Source of the DNA: Bugula neritina
Lineage: Eukaryota > Animalia > Bryozoa
Length of the DNA stretch: 25,810 nt
Assembly (NCBI GenBank): GCA_964035545.1
Contig: CAXIUT010000277.1
Location: forward strand, 1-25,810
Direction: 5' to 3'
In this document: positions 14,601-25,723 of the stretch, piece by piece
Layout: each line of letters starts with the position of its first letter
How positions within the stretch are numbered: the stretch's first letter is position 1
The notes under the pieces: model-generated
What the model was told of the DNA's origin: nothing
The model's database searches: none
What the model saw: the letters and a program-made list of their open reading frames with translations, nothing else
Translations under genes and position numbers: made by a program

Positions 14601-15455
14601 ACACATTCGATACACAGTCACCTAAGAACGATCAGCTCCTGATAGCACAAACAAAGCAGGTAAACGACATCGATATTGAAATGCTCTTTACATGCTTCCC
14701 TCGCTCTCAATAAATCTAGCCTACTACAACAGATCTTCAGACACCTGCCTGGCAACCTAGTCAAAACTAATAAAAACTCCTCTCAACTTCTGACTCTCTC
14801 GCCTCAACTCAAAAAACTTGATACTTTTTTATTCAGGAGGCAAATATAAGTACACCTCAATTACTCCCACATTATCAGCAGCTTACTTTAGAACTTCTTT
14901 CGAGTTTTTTAGGTCTGTAACAACTTTAAAAAAGTAGTTTTCCATCTTTAAAAATTTAAGTGCTTCTTAAAAACTTCTACACAAAGGAGAAGAATAGTCA
15001 TTCTAAACGTGATCTCGATATAGTTCAGATATTGGCTTTAAAGTCTGTTCAGAACATTATTCGCCCAAAACAAATATCCAAAGAAAAGACCCCTTCCCTG
15101 CCAAAACATTGTTTCTCATCCTCCGTCTCTCTCGCTCTTGATTTTCCCTCTACTCCTATCTTTAGATAAGTTCTTTTTCTTGTTTAGAAGGAGATTTTCT
15201 CTTTTTCTATGCAGACCGACTCTTTCTCTTCTTCATTCTCGAGACAGGAAACAGCTAGCTTTAATCTGAATCTATTTTTGTGGGTCTAATTCTGATCCGA
15301 TTGATATTCCAGTTGGCCCACTCTGATCCCAAATCTGATTCAGTTAGCACCTCTTCTTCTTCAGGAATTCTTTGAGTGTTAGATTTTCTTAATTATTATT
15401 GTTAATTAGTCCATTTATGTGAAATACTTTATTTAGTCAAAAGGTCAAGAGTCAT
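11649..15455 (-). CDS. R-S-E class ADP-ribosyltransferase domain + TPR-repeat protein (>=1268 aa, possibly 5'-truncated)
   Basis: One frame without TGA from 15485 to the stop at 11649-11651. ART motifs FYVKENFYYVSVNSMLR, SYRGA (R at 14256-14258), GFASSSLDRSVAMKF and FKGEQEILF (14010-14018). Downstream TPR-like helices EYDKAINYYE, GYEHPDCMHVENKLA, PEHPNT and SPDHINMM. Confidence 0.82.
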
Positions 15456-15487
15456 ATTGCTACTTTGTTGACTTTTCTTTTGTAAAG

Positions 15488-15563
15488 CCCCAACCCCAAC
15501 CCCAACCCCAACCCCAACCCCAACCCCAACCCCAACCCCAACCCCAACCCCAACCCCAACCCC
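15488..15563 (+). repeat. Internal telomeric tract (CCCCAA)12 CCCC
   Basis: Perfect 76-nt C4A2 array in left-end orientation. Confidence 0.98.
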
Positions 15564-15754
15564 TTGCATATTAGTATTTAATGATATAATATTAAGGAGG
15601 AATTATAATAAAGATAGTTTATGGAGCTGTTTTATGAATGTTTAAAAGAAATGGATAGTAGTAAAGTTATTGATATAAATCTTTTGTTTTAGTTGAGGAT
15701 TTGAAATTGATAAAAATGTAACTAATATCAATTTATAAATATTTAACTTTCTTT

Positions 15755-16418
15755 ATGAGTCTAGGTTTCTAAAGCTAATTCTCTGACATCGCCTTCCTCT
15801 GGACCACCACCAAACGTACAACTCTTGATATTCAGTCAAAGATAGACATATATGCGATGGACTAGTTCACTCGGGTCCTAAATAATGTATAAAAGCATTC
15901 CTTCAAAAATTAATTGATACTGGCTCAGTCGCCAGCAAATACTACGTAATGTTCCACATGATTCCTCTCATTCTCAAACTCAGACACACTAAATCAGCCA
16001 AACAAATTCCTTCTCTCATCTTTTCCACTTTCTACTAGTACTTCAAATCCATTTGTTTTTTAGCCTTCCTGGTAGGAATTCAAAGAGCTGGTCTCTGCAT
16101 CAACCAGCACTCAGTCAAAAGTCTCAGCTTAAGTATATAAAAATATATATAGGATAATTAATGCATGTATCTTCTCCAATATCAGCCGTGAGCATTTTAT
16201 TTGAAGCTCCTTCTAGAAGAAGTTAAGTGACTTGCTATGTGAGCGCAAAAGCCATCCGCTCAGTTTATTTGATGCTAAAAAGAATTTATGGCTTTAGTTG
16301 TTAGAACTAGCTAGTTTGGATGCATGTCTCTATGATGAGCTTGCTCTATTACCTCTATAACCACTGTCCTAGACTCATCAAATTAAGAAACCTTTTTGAA
16401 CTTGTCTTTGGTGATTGA
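15755..16418 (+). CDS. TMEM135-like membrane protein (207 aa)
   Basis: After removing 20-nt introns 15816-15835 and 16133-16152 it reads HICDGLVHSGPKEC...YYVMFHMIPLILKLR...FKSICFLAFLV...SILFEAPSRRSEVTCYV. This resembles the TMEM135 C-x-H-x-C and E-x-x-SRR-x-E-x-x-x-Y motifs. Confidence 0.7.
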
Positions 16419-16427
16419 TATTTATCT

Positions 16428-16574
16428 ATTTAATCTTACACCCTTTTACCTATTTAATCTTACATCCTTTTTATCCATTTAATCTTACACCCTTTTACCT
16501 ATTTCAACTTACATCCTTTTTATCCATTTAATATTACACCCTTTTACCTATTTAATCTTTACATCTTTTATATC
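16428..16574. repeat. Higher-order minisatellite: alternating 24- and 25-bp units forming a 49-bp dimer x3
   Basis: A=ATTTAATCTTACACCCTTTTACCT and B=ATTTAATCTTACATCCTTTTTATCC, arranged ABABAB. Confidence 0.9.
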
Positions 16575-17318
16575 AAGAAAATTGTATTTGTCTAAAATTT
16601 TGATAATAAATAAATTTTTAGTAAGTTATTTAAGTAAAATACAGGGAAAAAAATTACTCTGAAAAGACAACTGTCAATAAAATGCATGAATATTTTTCCT
16701 GAAAAGGATTATTTTACGATTATGAGTGATAAATATGATAATAATTATCTTAGCTATTTGATATAAGAGATTGATTTAATATTTTACATTAGAATAAATA
16801 GAACAGTAAAACAAATAACAAAAAAATAAACTTAGTAAAAAACTACATTATCTTATGATCGGGCATTTCCTTCGAATCAGTCACAATTGTTTACTATTAA
16901 AATATTAGAAATCATTTTAAAAACTATTATTACTCTAAATTCATAAAACAACATTGACTTAAAACAAATATATTAATAACCACTACACTTAACATGAATT
17001 TTATAATAAATTATCGATATTAAATATTATAGGATAAATTATATGCAACTGTCATCAATGCATCTAACTGTTTATTAATGGCTATCACATTTGTTAGTTT
17101 TAGATTACTTAATCTTAAATAACAACTACTAAATTCTACCTTTACCACATTTACTGATTCATCATTTATTTAATAGTTGTAAAATATATTTAGACAATAA
17201 TTAAACACTCACATCCTCCTGTTTCTCCCTACCTGATCACCAACTGCCACCCTCAAATACCCTCCTATTTGTTCTAACATTTTACTTCTTTCCCGAATAT
17301 ATCTCTAATAGTAAATAA

Positions 17319-20300
17319 ATGTTAATTTCAATTCTGCTCCTCACACTGATCCTACCAACCGCCTCCAATAACTGCAACCTAGCAGACCATATTTAATGTC
17401 TCAGCTCATTATGTCCCAACCACTACTTCACCAACTCCACATGTATCTTCAACCACACCTCCAACTGCACACAAACACAAACCCTCATCAACAACACCTG
17501 CCTCACCTGCTCCTCCCTATCCAACTAAACCTGCACACCCATCTGTCCAGATCACGTATGGACCACCCTAGCCTCATCTTCTCCATCATGCATCAACTGC
17601 CAACACCTCTACGGCTAAAACTGCGTCCAGTGTACAACCGTCATCTGCACAGAATGCGCCTACAGCTCAGGACTAACCTTATCGCCCGACAGCCTCGCCT
17701 GCATCAACAGCAACTGCTCTGACCCAAACTGTATATAATGCTACCAGTCTAAAACCAAATGCTACCGTTGCCAAGCTGGCTACATCGTCAACTAAAATTT
17801 TTAGTGCGCCTCAGCCACCTGCTACGTTTCCAACTGCATGCTTTGTGGCAATTCTACCTGCACCACCTGCTTCCCAGAATACGAACTCTCAGAAGACAGC
17901 TCTTCCTGTCTATCTATATGTCATGATGTTGATTGCATCACCTGTCTGCACCCTGGATTCTGTGGAGTATGCGGGTAGGGGCATACTTCAGTCAATGGAA
18001 TATGCGTGCTTGACTGTTCAATAATACTTGTAGACAATTGCCAATAATGCTAAAACTATCACACCTGCACTCGCTGCCTCCCAGGCTACTAAATCACCCA
18101 TGACGGAGCTCTCTGCCAACCGACCTGCCAAATCAACAACTGCCAACATTGTCTCTCCAATAACTCTCTCTGCTAAAATTGCCAACAAGGATATGACCTA
18201 CAAAACGACACCTGCACCCAAAGCTTCTGCTTTGTTGAATACTGTGCCACATGCCTTAGTCTTAGCACTTGCTCTGCCTGCATCTCCGGCTTTGTTTTGA
18301 GTACAGACAATACCAGTTGTGTCTCAACCTGTCCTCAGTTGCTTTCAATTGATAACTGTCTATTTTGTGATAGTTCTGCCTGCACTGTCTGTACAAGCAA
18401 CTACCGGCTGAACAATATCACCTGCTAACTAGTCTGTTCAGCTATTTCTAGTTGTACTTCTTGCCATTCTTCTGACCTATGTTTGGGCTGTGCCTAAGGA
18501 TTCAAAGTATCGAAGGATCATAGATCTTGCAGCCAGGTCTGTCGAGTCGCAGGATGTTCTGTTTGTTCTAGCAGTTCAACTAATACCTGCGATCGATGCT
18601 AAAAAGGATATTCGATAATAACTACCAGTACTGGTTTAAATGTTTGCGTAGTTGATTGTCATAGGGGGTAAGTTGATACAGGATCTGGTATTGTTAACTG
18701 TCAATCTTGCAACCAAATCATACCTTTTTGCCAGGAATGCACCTATTCGAATGAACAAGTCCTTTGCTCATCTTGTCTCTCAGGATATTTTCTTAACAGC
18801 AATAACTGTGATAAATGTTCTGATGCTATTGGCAACTGTCTTATATGCACAAATGCTCTTAAATGTTAAAGGTGTTTTTCAGGCTTTAAAGCCATAGCTT
18901 CTGCCTGTCTCAACACCAAATGCCCAGACAATATAACCAATTGCTACTCGTGTCTATCCAACAGCTCTACAACTTGCTTTTCTTGTCATCCAGGCTTTTT
19001 GCTCAACTCTTCAGGACTCTGTTAGCTATCACCTTGCTAAGATACCTTTATATTCCACTAAAACACACAGACATGCATTTGCCCATAATCCACCTACCGC
19101 CTTTAGAGCAAATGCACGCCCTGCCATGATAGCAATTGCCATAACTGCAGCATAGGAGTCTGCCATTAATGTGTTTCTGGCTACTATCCTCAAGAATAAT
19201 CTTGTTCTAGTTGCATCGATCACTGCCAAATATGTCATTCTGCATCTTCTTGCTTTCAATGCCAAAGAGGCTACTCGCTAAACCACTAAAACCAGTGTGT
19301 TTCTTTCGGTGGAGGTCAACATGCAACCATCGACCCTTCCGGATAAATTTACCCATGTCAAGCAGGATGCTATCACTGCTCTACAGGTAGCAACCAATCC
19401 ATCATCTGCTTAGAGGCATAGAAAGGATATTCCTTAGTAGGTGGTTTAATAGTTAAATGTAACGAGGAATGCTAGTCATGTTAGAGTTATATTCCCTCTG
19501 TTTGTACTTCTTGCACATCTGGACGAGTTCTTATCGATGGAAGTTGCTTATCTTGTGCTGATACCAATGCTTTGACCTGTTCGTCTTTCAACTAAAACTA
19601 CTCTCTCACTTGCCATCCAGGATATACTAGCACTTACTCTGGCAACTCCTCAGGCGGATTTTGTTTACCCTGTGCTTCACACTGTCTACGCTGCCATCAC
19701 CAAGGTCCAAATAAATGCGATAGTGGAGGCTGTCGATTGGGTACAGTTCAAGTCGTGGGAACTGCTAACTGTACTCTTTGTTTTGGTGGTTGTGCTAGAT
19801 GCAAGCCTCACAACCCAAACGAATGTCTAGATTGTGGGCCAAGAAGATTCATTAATACATAATTTAGATGCTAATTATGTGCAAATGGATGTAAAACTTG
19901 CAAAAATAGTGCTAACAACTGTTTGACTTGCTAACTAGGATACTAACTCATCAATAGTACCTGTATAAAATTGCCAAATAGGTGCACATAGTTGAATAGT
20001 ACTGGATTCTGTAAAAATTGCTTTAAAGGATATTTAATACATGGTTCAGAATGTGTAGTAGATATCTCTTGCAATAGCACTACTTCATGCTAGATCTGTC
20101 CCTAAGGATATTACCTTATAAATTCTCAATGTTTGATTTGTCCTTTAAATAATAACTGTCTAACTTGCAATCCATCCAATATCACCTAATGCACCTCTTG
20201 TTCTCCAGGCTACTACCTCAACACTAACAACTAATGCACAAACTGTTAATAAAACTGTTAAATATGCACCTCTCCTCACTACTGCACAAAACCTTAGAGT

Positions 20301-21022
20301 GGCTACTTCCTCACCTAGCATGGAGGCACATCAACCGGTATCGTCAAAATTTGTCTTATTCCATGTTAGACATGCATCTCTCACTAGAGCACATGCCATT
20401 CATGCGTTAACTAATACTATCTATACGGATCTTAGTGCTAGAAAATAATCTTTTTGGATTTATTGATAATATTCGGTTAAAAGCAAACCAAAAACAACAC
20501 CATTTTTTACGATAATCAATCCAATGAAAGCCAACTCTTTGCTGGTCTGATTGCAGTCAATAGACTAGGCAACAGCATCGACGACATAACTCCTTAAGGG
20601 TTTAGAGATTAGAAGCATTGGAGTAGGAGATTGAAATTCAAATAAATAAAACAAGGATCAATCATAACATCATTCCACCTAGATGCTGGTAACTACTCCA
20701 ATGGCCAACAAGCAACCAATGATTTAACTGACGCCCTCATTGCAGACAACCTCGATGGAGTTAGATATATTTCATCCACCATTATTGCCAATGGCTTTAC
20801 CAATATATTTAGTTTATAGAAGGGATCTATCAATCTAGGCATCGTCCTTGGTCTGACTATTCCTCTAGGAATATTGGGTAAGTGTTTATTAATGTAGTTG
20901 TTATTATATTGGTTTTGTTGATAGTTAACTATCGTGATGATGAGAGCGATGATGATGGTCGGCTAGGCGATAATGATGGATTCTATTCATAAGATGTCAT
21001 CTAGAAGTATTAAGATGTTTGA
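17319..21022 (+). CDS. Cysteine-rich (CxxC/furin-like repeat) type I membrane surface protein, ~1227 aa
   Basis: Signal-peptide-like MLISILLLTLILPTAS, dozens of CxxC...CxxGY repeats, a C-terminal TM (LGIVLGLTIPLGILVVIILVLLIV) split by the 20-nt intron 20878-20897, an acidic tail, and TGA at 21020-21022. Confidence 0.9.
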
Positions 21023-21361
21023 TACATAAAAAAGTTAAAGGTTTTTGATGTATATACTACTAACTGCTAATTTAAATTGATCTATTAATCTTAATAAATA
21101 CAACAGTTATGACTAATGTGACAGTAGCATTCACATTATACTGTATCGATTATATTAATAACTATCTAAATCATAAATAATAATAACTAGGGATGTTAAT
21201 AATAATTATTATTATGGATGTTAATAATAACATAACATCCAATTTATCCTTTTATTCAATATAAAATCAAATAATATCAATAGATATTTCTAATCTTAAA
21301 ACTTAATATAACAACTGATGATATTCAAAATAATCCCATTTCAAATATATATAATTCAACC

Positions 21362-24300
21362 ATGAACGAAGACAAAGTACAACCTCTCTTCTAGTCTCTT
21401 CTCTCTACTCCATCAGCCACTCTCTAAGCCTTCACCACTCTCAAAAAAACCCTCTTATCCTCTCCTGATCTCCTATCCTCTATCCTTTAGTACTTGACCA
21501 ATGAATAACCAACTTCTTAGCAGCAAAACCAATACTTCCAAGTAATAACCATGATTCATCCAGTCCTCATCGACCTCTTCTAGGATATTCCAACTTAGCT
21601 GCAAGATGTATCTATGATTATATGCAAGGATGTTCGATCAGGATTGCTGTCGGTGGTTGTTGCCCAGCATAGCAACTTGAAGATAGTTGGAGCACTAGGT
21701 TTGCTCATAAGATAGATAGTAGAAATCGATGGAGTGAAGCCTTGGATATAGCCATTGGGAGATCTAATGAAATGGGCAGAGTCATAGTAACTACCTGCCA
21801 TGCTAGCAGGCATTGAATTCTTTTTGTATCTACTCAAAGACACCTCCTACACACGTTGTAGTTGCGACGCATAACTGTACAAACTAGCACCATTATTGCT
21901 ATAAAAACTATTCGCAGTATTTGCTAACACGTAGCTAAATGAATCTAATAGAGCAAAACTACTGTATGTGGTATTGCAAATAATAAAAACCTTTTCTGCT
22001 TTGGATGGAGTAGACGATCCAACAGTTCGTTCTTGTTTCGATGGCACTTTCTAGTTGTGGATGAGTATGTTCGTAAGTGCATTGAAGGGATCGCTGAATA
22101 TGAATCTAACGATCAAGAAGTACATCATGAAGGTACCTTTATAGGTTATGCTAGATACTGGTGGTCGTGTATCGAGATATGCAGAGGTATCTTGGCCTTA
22201 GAAAGTATCATGAACCAGGTCATGTGTTTGCTATTTGGTAGTTTACGTATAGAATGATACCACTCTACTTGTGGGGATTCGTATGGTAGCAGCCGACAGA
22301 ATAATATCCTCCGCAAAAAGAACAACATTCAATTCGATAAGATTGTTTCAAATATGATGACTAAAGCGATTCTTTATGTCCCACACTCTAAGGACTAGCA
22401 CTGGCATCTCTGGATTACATTTCTGTGATGCTGTCAGTGCCGCATCTGCAGGGAGCGTTGAGAGTGTCAGCGCATCACTTGACTAATGCTTTGTTTCATT
22501 ATTTGATGATAGGGAACGAGTAGATGCTGGGATGGAAAGATAATGCTCATCACTTTAGTTCTCAAATTGCTAATCTGGAATACTAAACTGGTGTTAGAGG
22601 TAGATGCATATCCATATTGAATGAAATGATATAAAAGTTCGGAGACCTCGCCATCCAAGCAATACTAGTATGCAGTTAGAAGTTTTTATTGAATTTGCCA
22701 CAAAGTACAACCATGGATACCTTTTCACTGATTCTCAATGCAGTCTTAGGAGATGATTCCCTCTTAGCAATATCTAGTGGATTGTACTAGTCATAGGCAC
22801 AGTTGTTGGGTTTGGCTAAAATAAGTGGAGTTGATATAAGATCTCAGTTATAGGTATCGGGATAGACTTGGCATAAGGTGTAGGTCGGGTTATTGGTTTT
22901 GGGTCGATTTTCATAAGATGTGATCGTATTCCAATCGAAACAAAGCAACAGTTTTGATATATAAGCTTTTGTGACTGGCATAATAAAGCAAGTAAAGTAA
23001 TAGTAGTATTATTCTTTATTGAAAGGACAAAGTTTATACTGTTTGACTAGATTCATATAAATAATATCAATCAAATACAGACAACTGTTTCCATAGCTAC
23101 TTGCTGCAGCTCTATCATGCAATATATCTGTGTATCCTTTGTCCTTGAGAGTCATTGCTTGTAGAGCTGCTTCTACTTTTCTTAAAAAGATTTAGAAACA
23201 CAAGTTGGATATTCCTCAAGAAATTGTTGACTATATCTAAATGATACAACCTATCGAGAGAGTTTGTTAAATACCACTGCTATCATAGACAACTGCCTGT
23301 GTTATATAGGTTTTAGTAGAGTTATGTAAGAATAAGGAGTTGATGTTGTTGAACAAACCTAAATCATAATACTTTTTGACTCTTTTTCATTAAAGTTTAT
23401 CACAAACATCTCAAATACAACACTTTTTGATCTTACTTAAAGGAATTATTCAAGACTATAATGCTTTTTCTAATTTAGCAAATGTTTTTATCTCATTTAC
23501 TAGTTAATGTCTTAAAGCCTATTTAGGTATAATAAGGTATATTTAGGTATAATAAAATCATAGCAAAAGAAGTTACTTAAATCAGCTGATACATAGCTAA
23601 TAACAACTGCATTGCATGTAACTGGAGTATTTATCGAACAATCCTCGCTTCATCCTCAAAGCACATCATAAAAATAAAAAATGATAGAACTATTTGTACC
23701 TTCAGTCGATATCATGTAAATCAATGAAGACATCCCTTTGTAGGTATCTTTTTCTCTATTCTTAAAAAATATAATCAGATCGTCATAAAATTTATTCAAT
23801 AGTAAAGAAATGACAGAGCAAGTAATAAGAGTTGTTAGGTTGTTATTGCGTATTCCGAAAGATAAATCATTTTAATCTGCATCTATCTATGCTGGCAACT
23901 TGGCTATTCTTTTGTTTGATCGTATTTTATAAAAGAAAAATAACTAGATATTGCAGTAGATAGTATTGAAGGTATTTCGATCTAGAACTCCATCAGTTAT
24001 ACAATCTTTAGTTTTAGTCTATGCTAGAATTATCAACTAGGGTGTTACTCCAGGTATTCGTTCATTTATTTAGATAACAAGTTTGTTATTAGTAATGAGA
24101 GCTAGGTCAAAGTGAAAGAGGTAGTTGATTTTTTATCATCTTTTTCTATTGAAAATCGAATGGGTCTAAAAATACTTGTTGATAAATGGTTGTTACAGCA
24201 AAGTCTATTTCGTGGAAAATACACCAAAATAGCTACGTACTCATTGCGATATTTACAGTTTTATGGCTCTATCAAGGCTTTTTTTACTAAACGATAAAAG

Positions 24301-24802
24301 AGTAGACAACTTGTTGGTTATTGGTTTCAATCCATCCCATACTAACATAAACAACGATGTTAATGCTCCACTTAAAATCATGGCTACTCTTATCCGTTGT
24401 CTTGATAACTAGCTGAGTGGATCTCGACAAGACGACTAAGACGATGAGGAGATAAAGATGTAGAAAGAGGAAGGATTGACTGTTGAGTTATAGAAGTTTA
24501 GAGAGGATGTAGAGAGTAAGGAGGAGACGGGTGGTAGTTTGGCTGATCGCTAGAATCAGCAAGGAAGTACGTGTTATATGTCGGCCATGTTATAGTTTTA
24601 TGATGATGGGGAGGAGTGCGATGATAAGACTGAAGAGGATTTGTTGTTTTTGAATGATAGTTCTACTCGATTCGAGTTGGGAGAATATCTGAAAGACTTT
24701 TTCCATTATTTGTATTAGAATAGGAACTAGTATTTCAAGTAATGTGTTAAGGGATTGTTGAAAAAGGATGTGAGGATTTTACAAAAATATCTTAAGTTTT
24801 GA
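21362..24802 (+). CDS. Importin-beta family karyopherin, importin-9-like (~1118 aa)
   Basis: HEAT-like helical protein with SVIQSLVLVYARI, GLKILVDKWLLQQSLFRGKY, APLKIMATLIRCLDNE and an acidic loop near the C-terminus. Introns at 22133-22154, 23527-23546, 24054-24073 and 24237-24258 give a continuous frame. Confidence 0.82.
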
Positions 24803-25002
24803 TCTTGTATCAGTTGTTAAAAATAAATTACGGCTATAAAAATCATTCAAATTTTGACTTATCAGTCAGTCATTAATATAAATTGAAATTATTCAGATAT
24901 TTAATAGTCATAATATTCCCTTATGTTTAAATACATATTAATTAACCCGCTGCATTTTTCAATTTGAATAATAATGGCAAATGATAGATAAATGGATTTC
25001 AA

Positions 25003-25538
25003 TCAATCTTTGATTTTTCTGGTGATGATGGTATAGAATTAGTCGTTAGAGACCAATCCATCGCAATCAGTGTCAGCTCTGGTGATGAGTTCATCGATTT
25101 AAGCATTGCTGATATCTTAGCCTAGATCTTGAGCAACTCTTCTTAGATTTTTGGCTGAAATAAAACCTGTCCTTTAGTCATCGTAAAGAGCAAATATTTT
25201 ATCGATGTTGGCTCTTGAATCTTTGTCGTTGACTCTTTTTGTCATCAAAGTCACCCATTCTCCAAAGTCGATTGTCCCATTCCCATCAGCATCCAAGTCA
25301 GATATCATCTGGAAAATAGCTGCACTTTTAGATTCAAAGCCCAATGAAGTCATAGCTGCTTTAAGTTCTAAGTAAAAGAGGTATTACCTTTGATATCGAT
25401 TGACCCTCCTTGATCGGTATCGAAGAGGTCGAAGGCAGCTTTGATCGAGGTGACTTCTTCTTATGTGATTCCGTTTTTGGCAAATGCTTTTGGATCGAAA
25501 CCTGATTTAGCTGGTGCTGGGGCCTTTACTTTGCTCAT
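25003..25538 (-). CDS. Centrin (caltractin), ICL1/spasmin-related EF-hand protein, 171 aa
   Basis: [33 protein letters not shown]...[18 protein letters not shown]...[12 protein letters not shown]...[16 protein letters not shown]. 20-nt intron at 25368-25387. Confidence 0.95.
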
Positions 25539-25723
25539 TAAAGATATATTAGACGGGATTAAATTAATAAAATATAAACAATGAAATAACTACTACTAAA
25601 GTTATTAATTTATATTACTAAATATTGAGTAAGATATTTCATTAATGGTTATTTGAATGTTTACTAAATTTTACATTGATTTTATCTTTTTTAATAAGTA
25701 TAAAGAATATATTAATATGTAAA

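Noticed and set aside
15481-15487. TGTAAAG precedes both the internal tract and the right telomere (25718-25724)
   Set aside because: It is a 7-nt AT-rich match with opposite telomere polarity, too weak to interpret.
16994-17318. Possible 80-aa ORF (16994-17236) or an upstream in-frame extension of the Cys-rich gene from ATG17043
   Set aside because: With only one stop codon such open frames arise easily by chance. No motif is recognisable, and ATG17319 gives a clean signal peptide.
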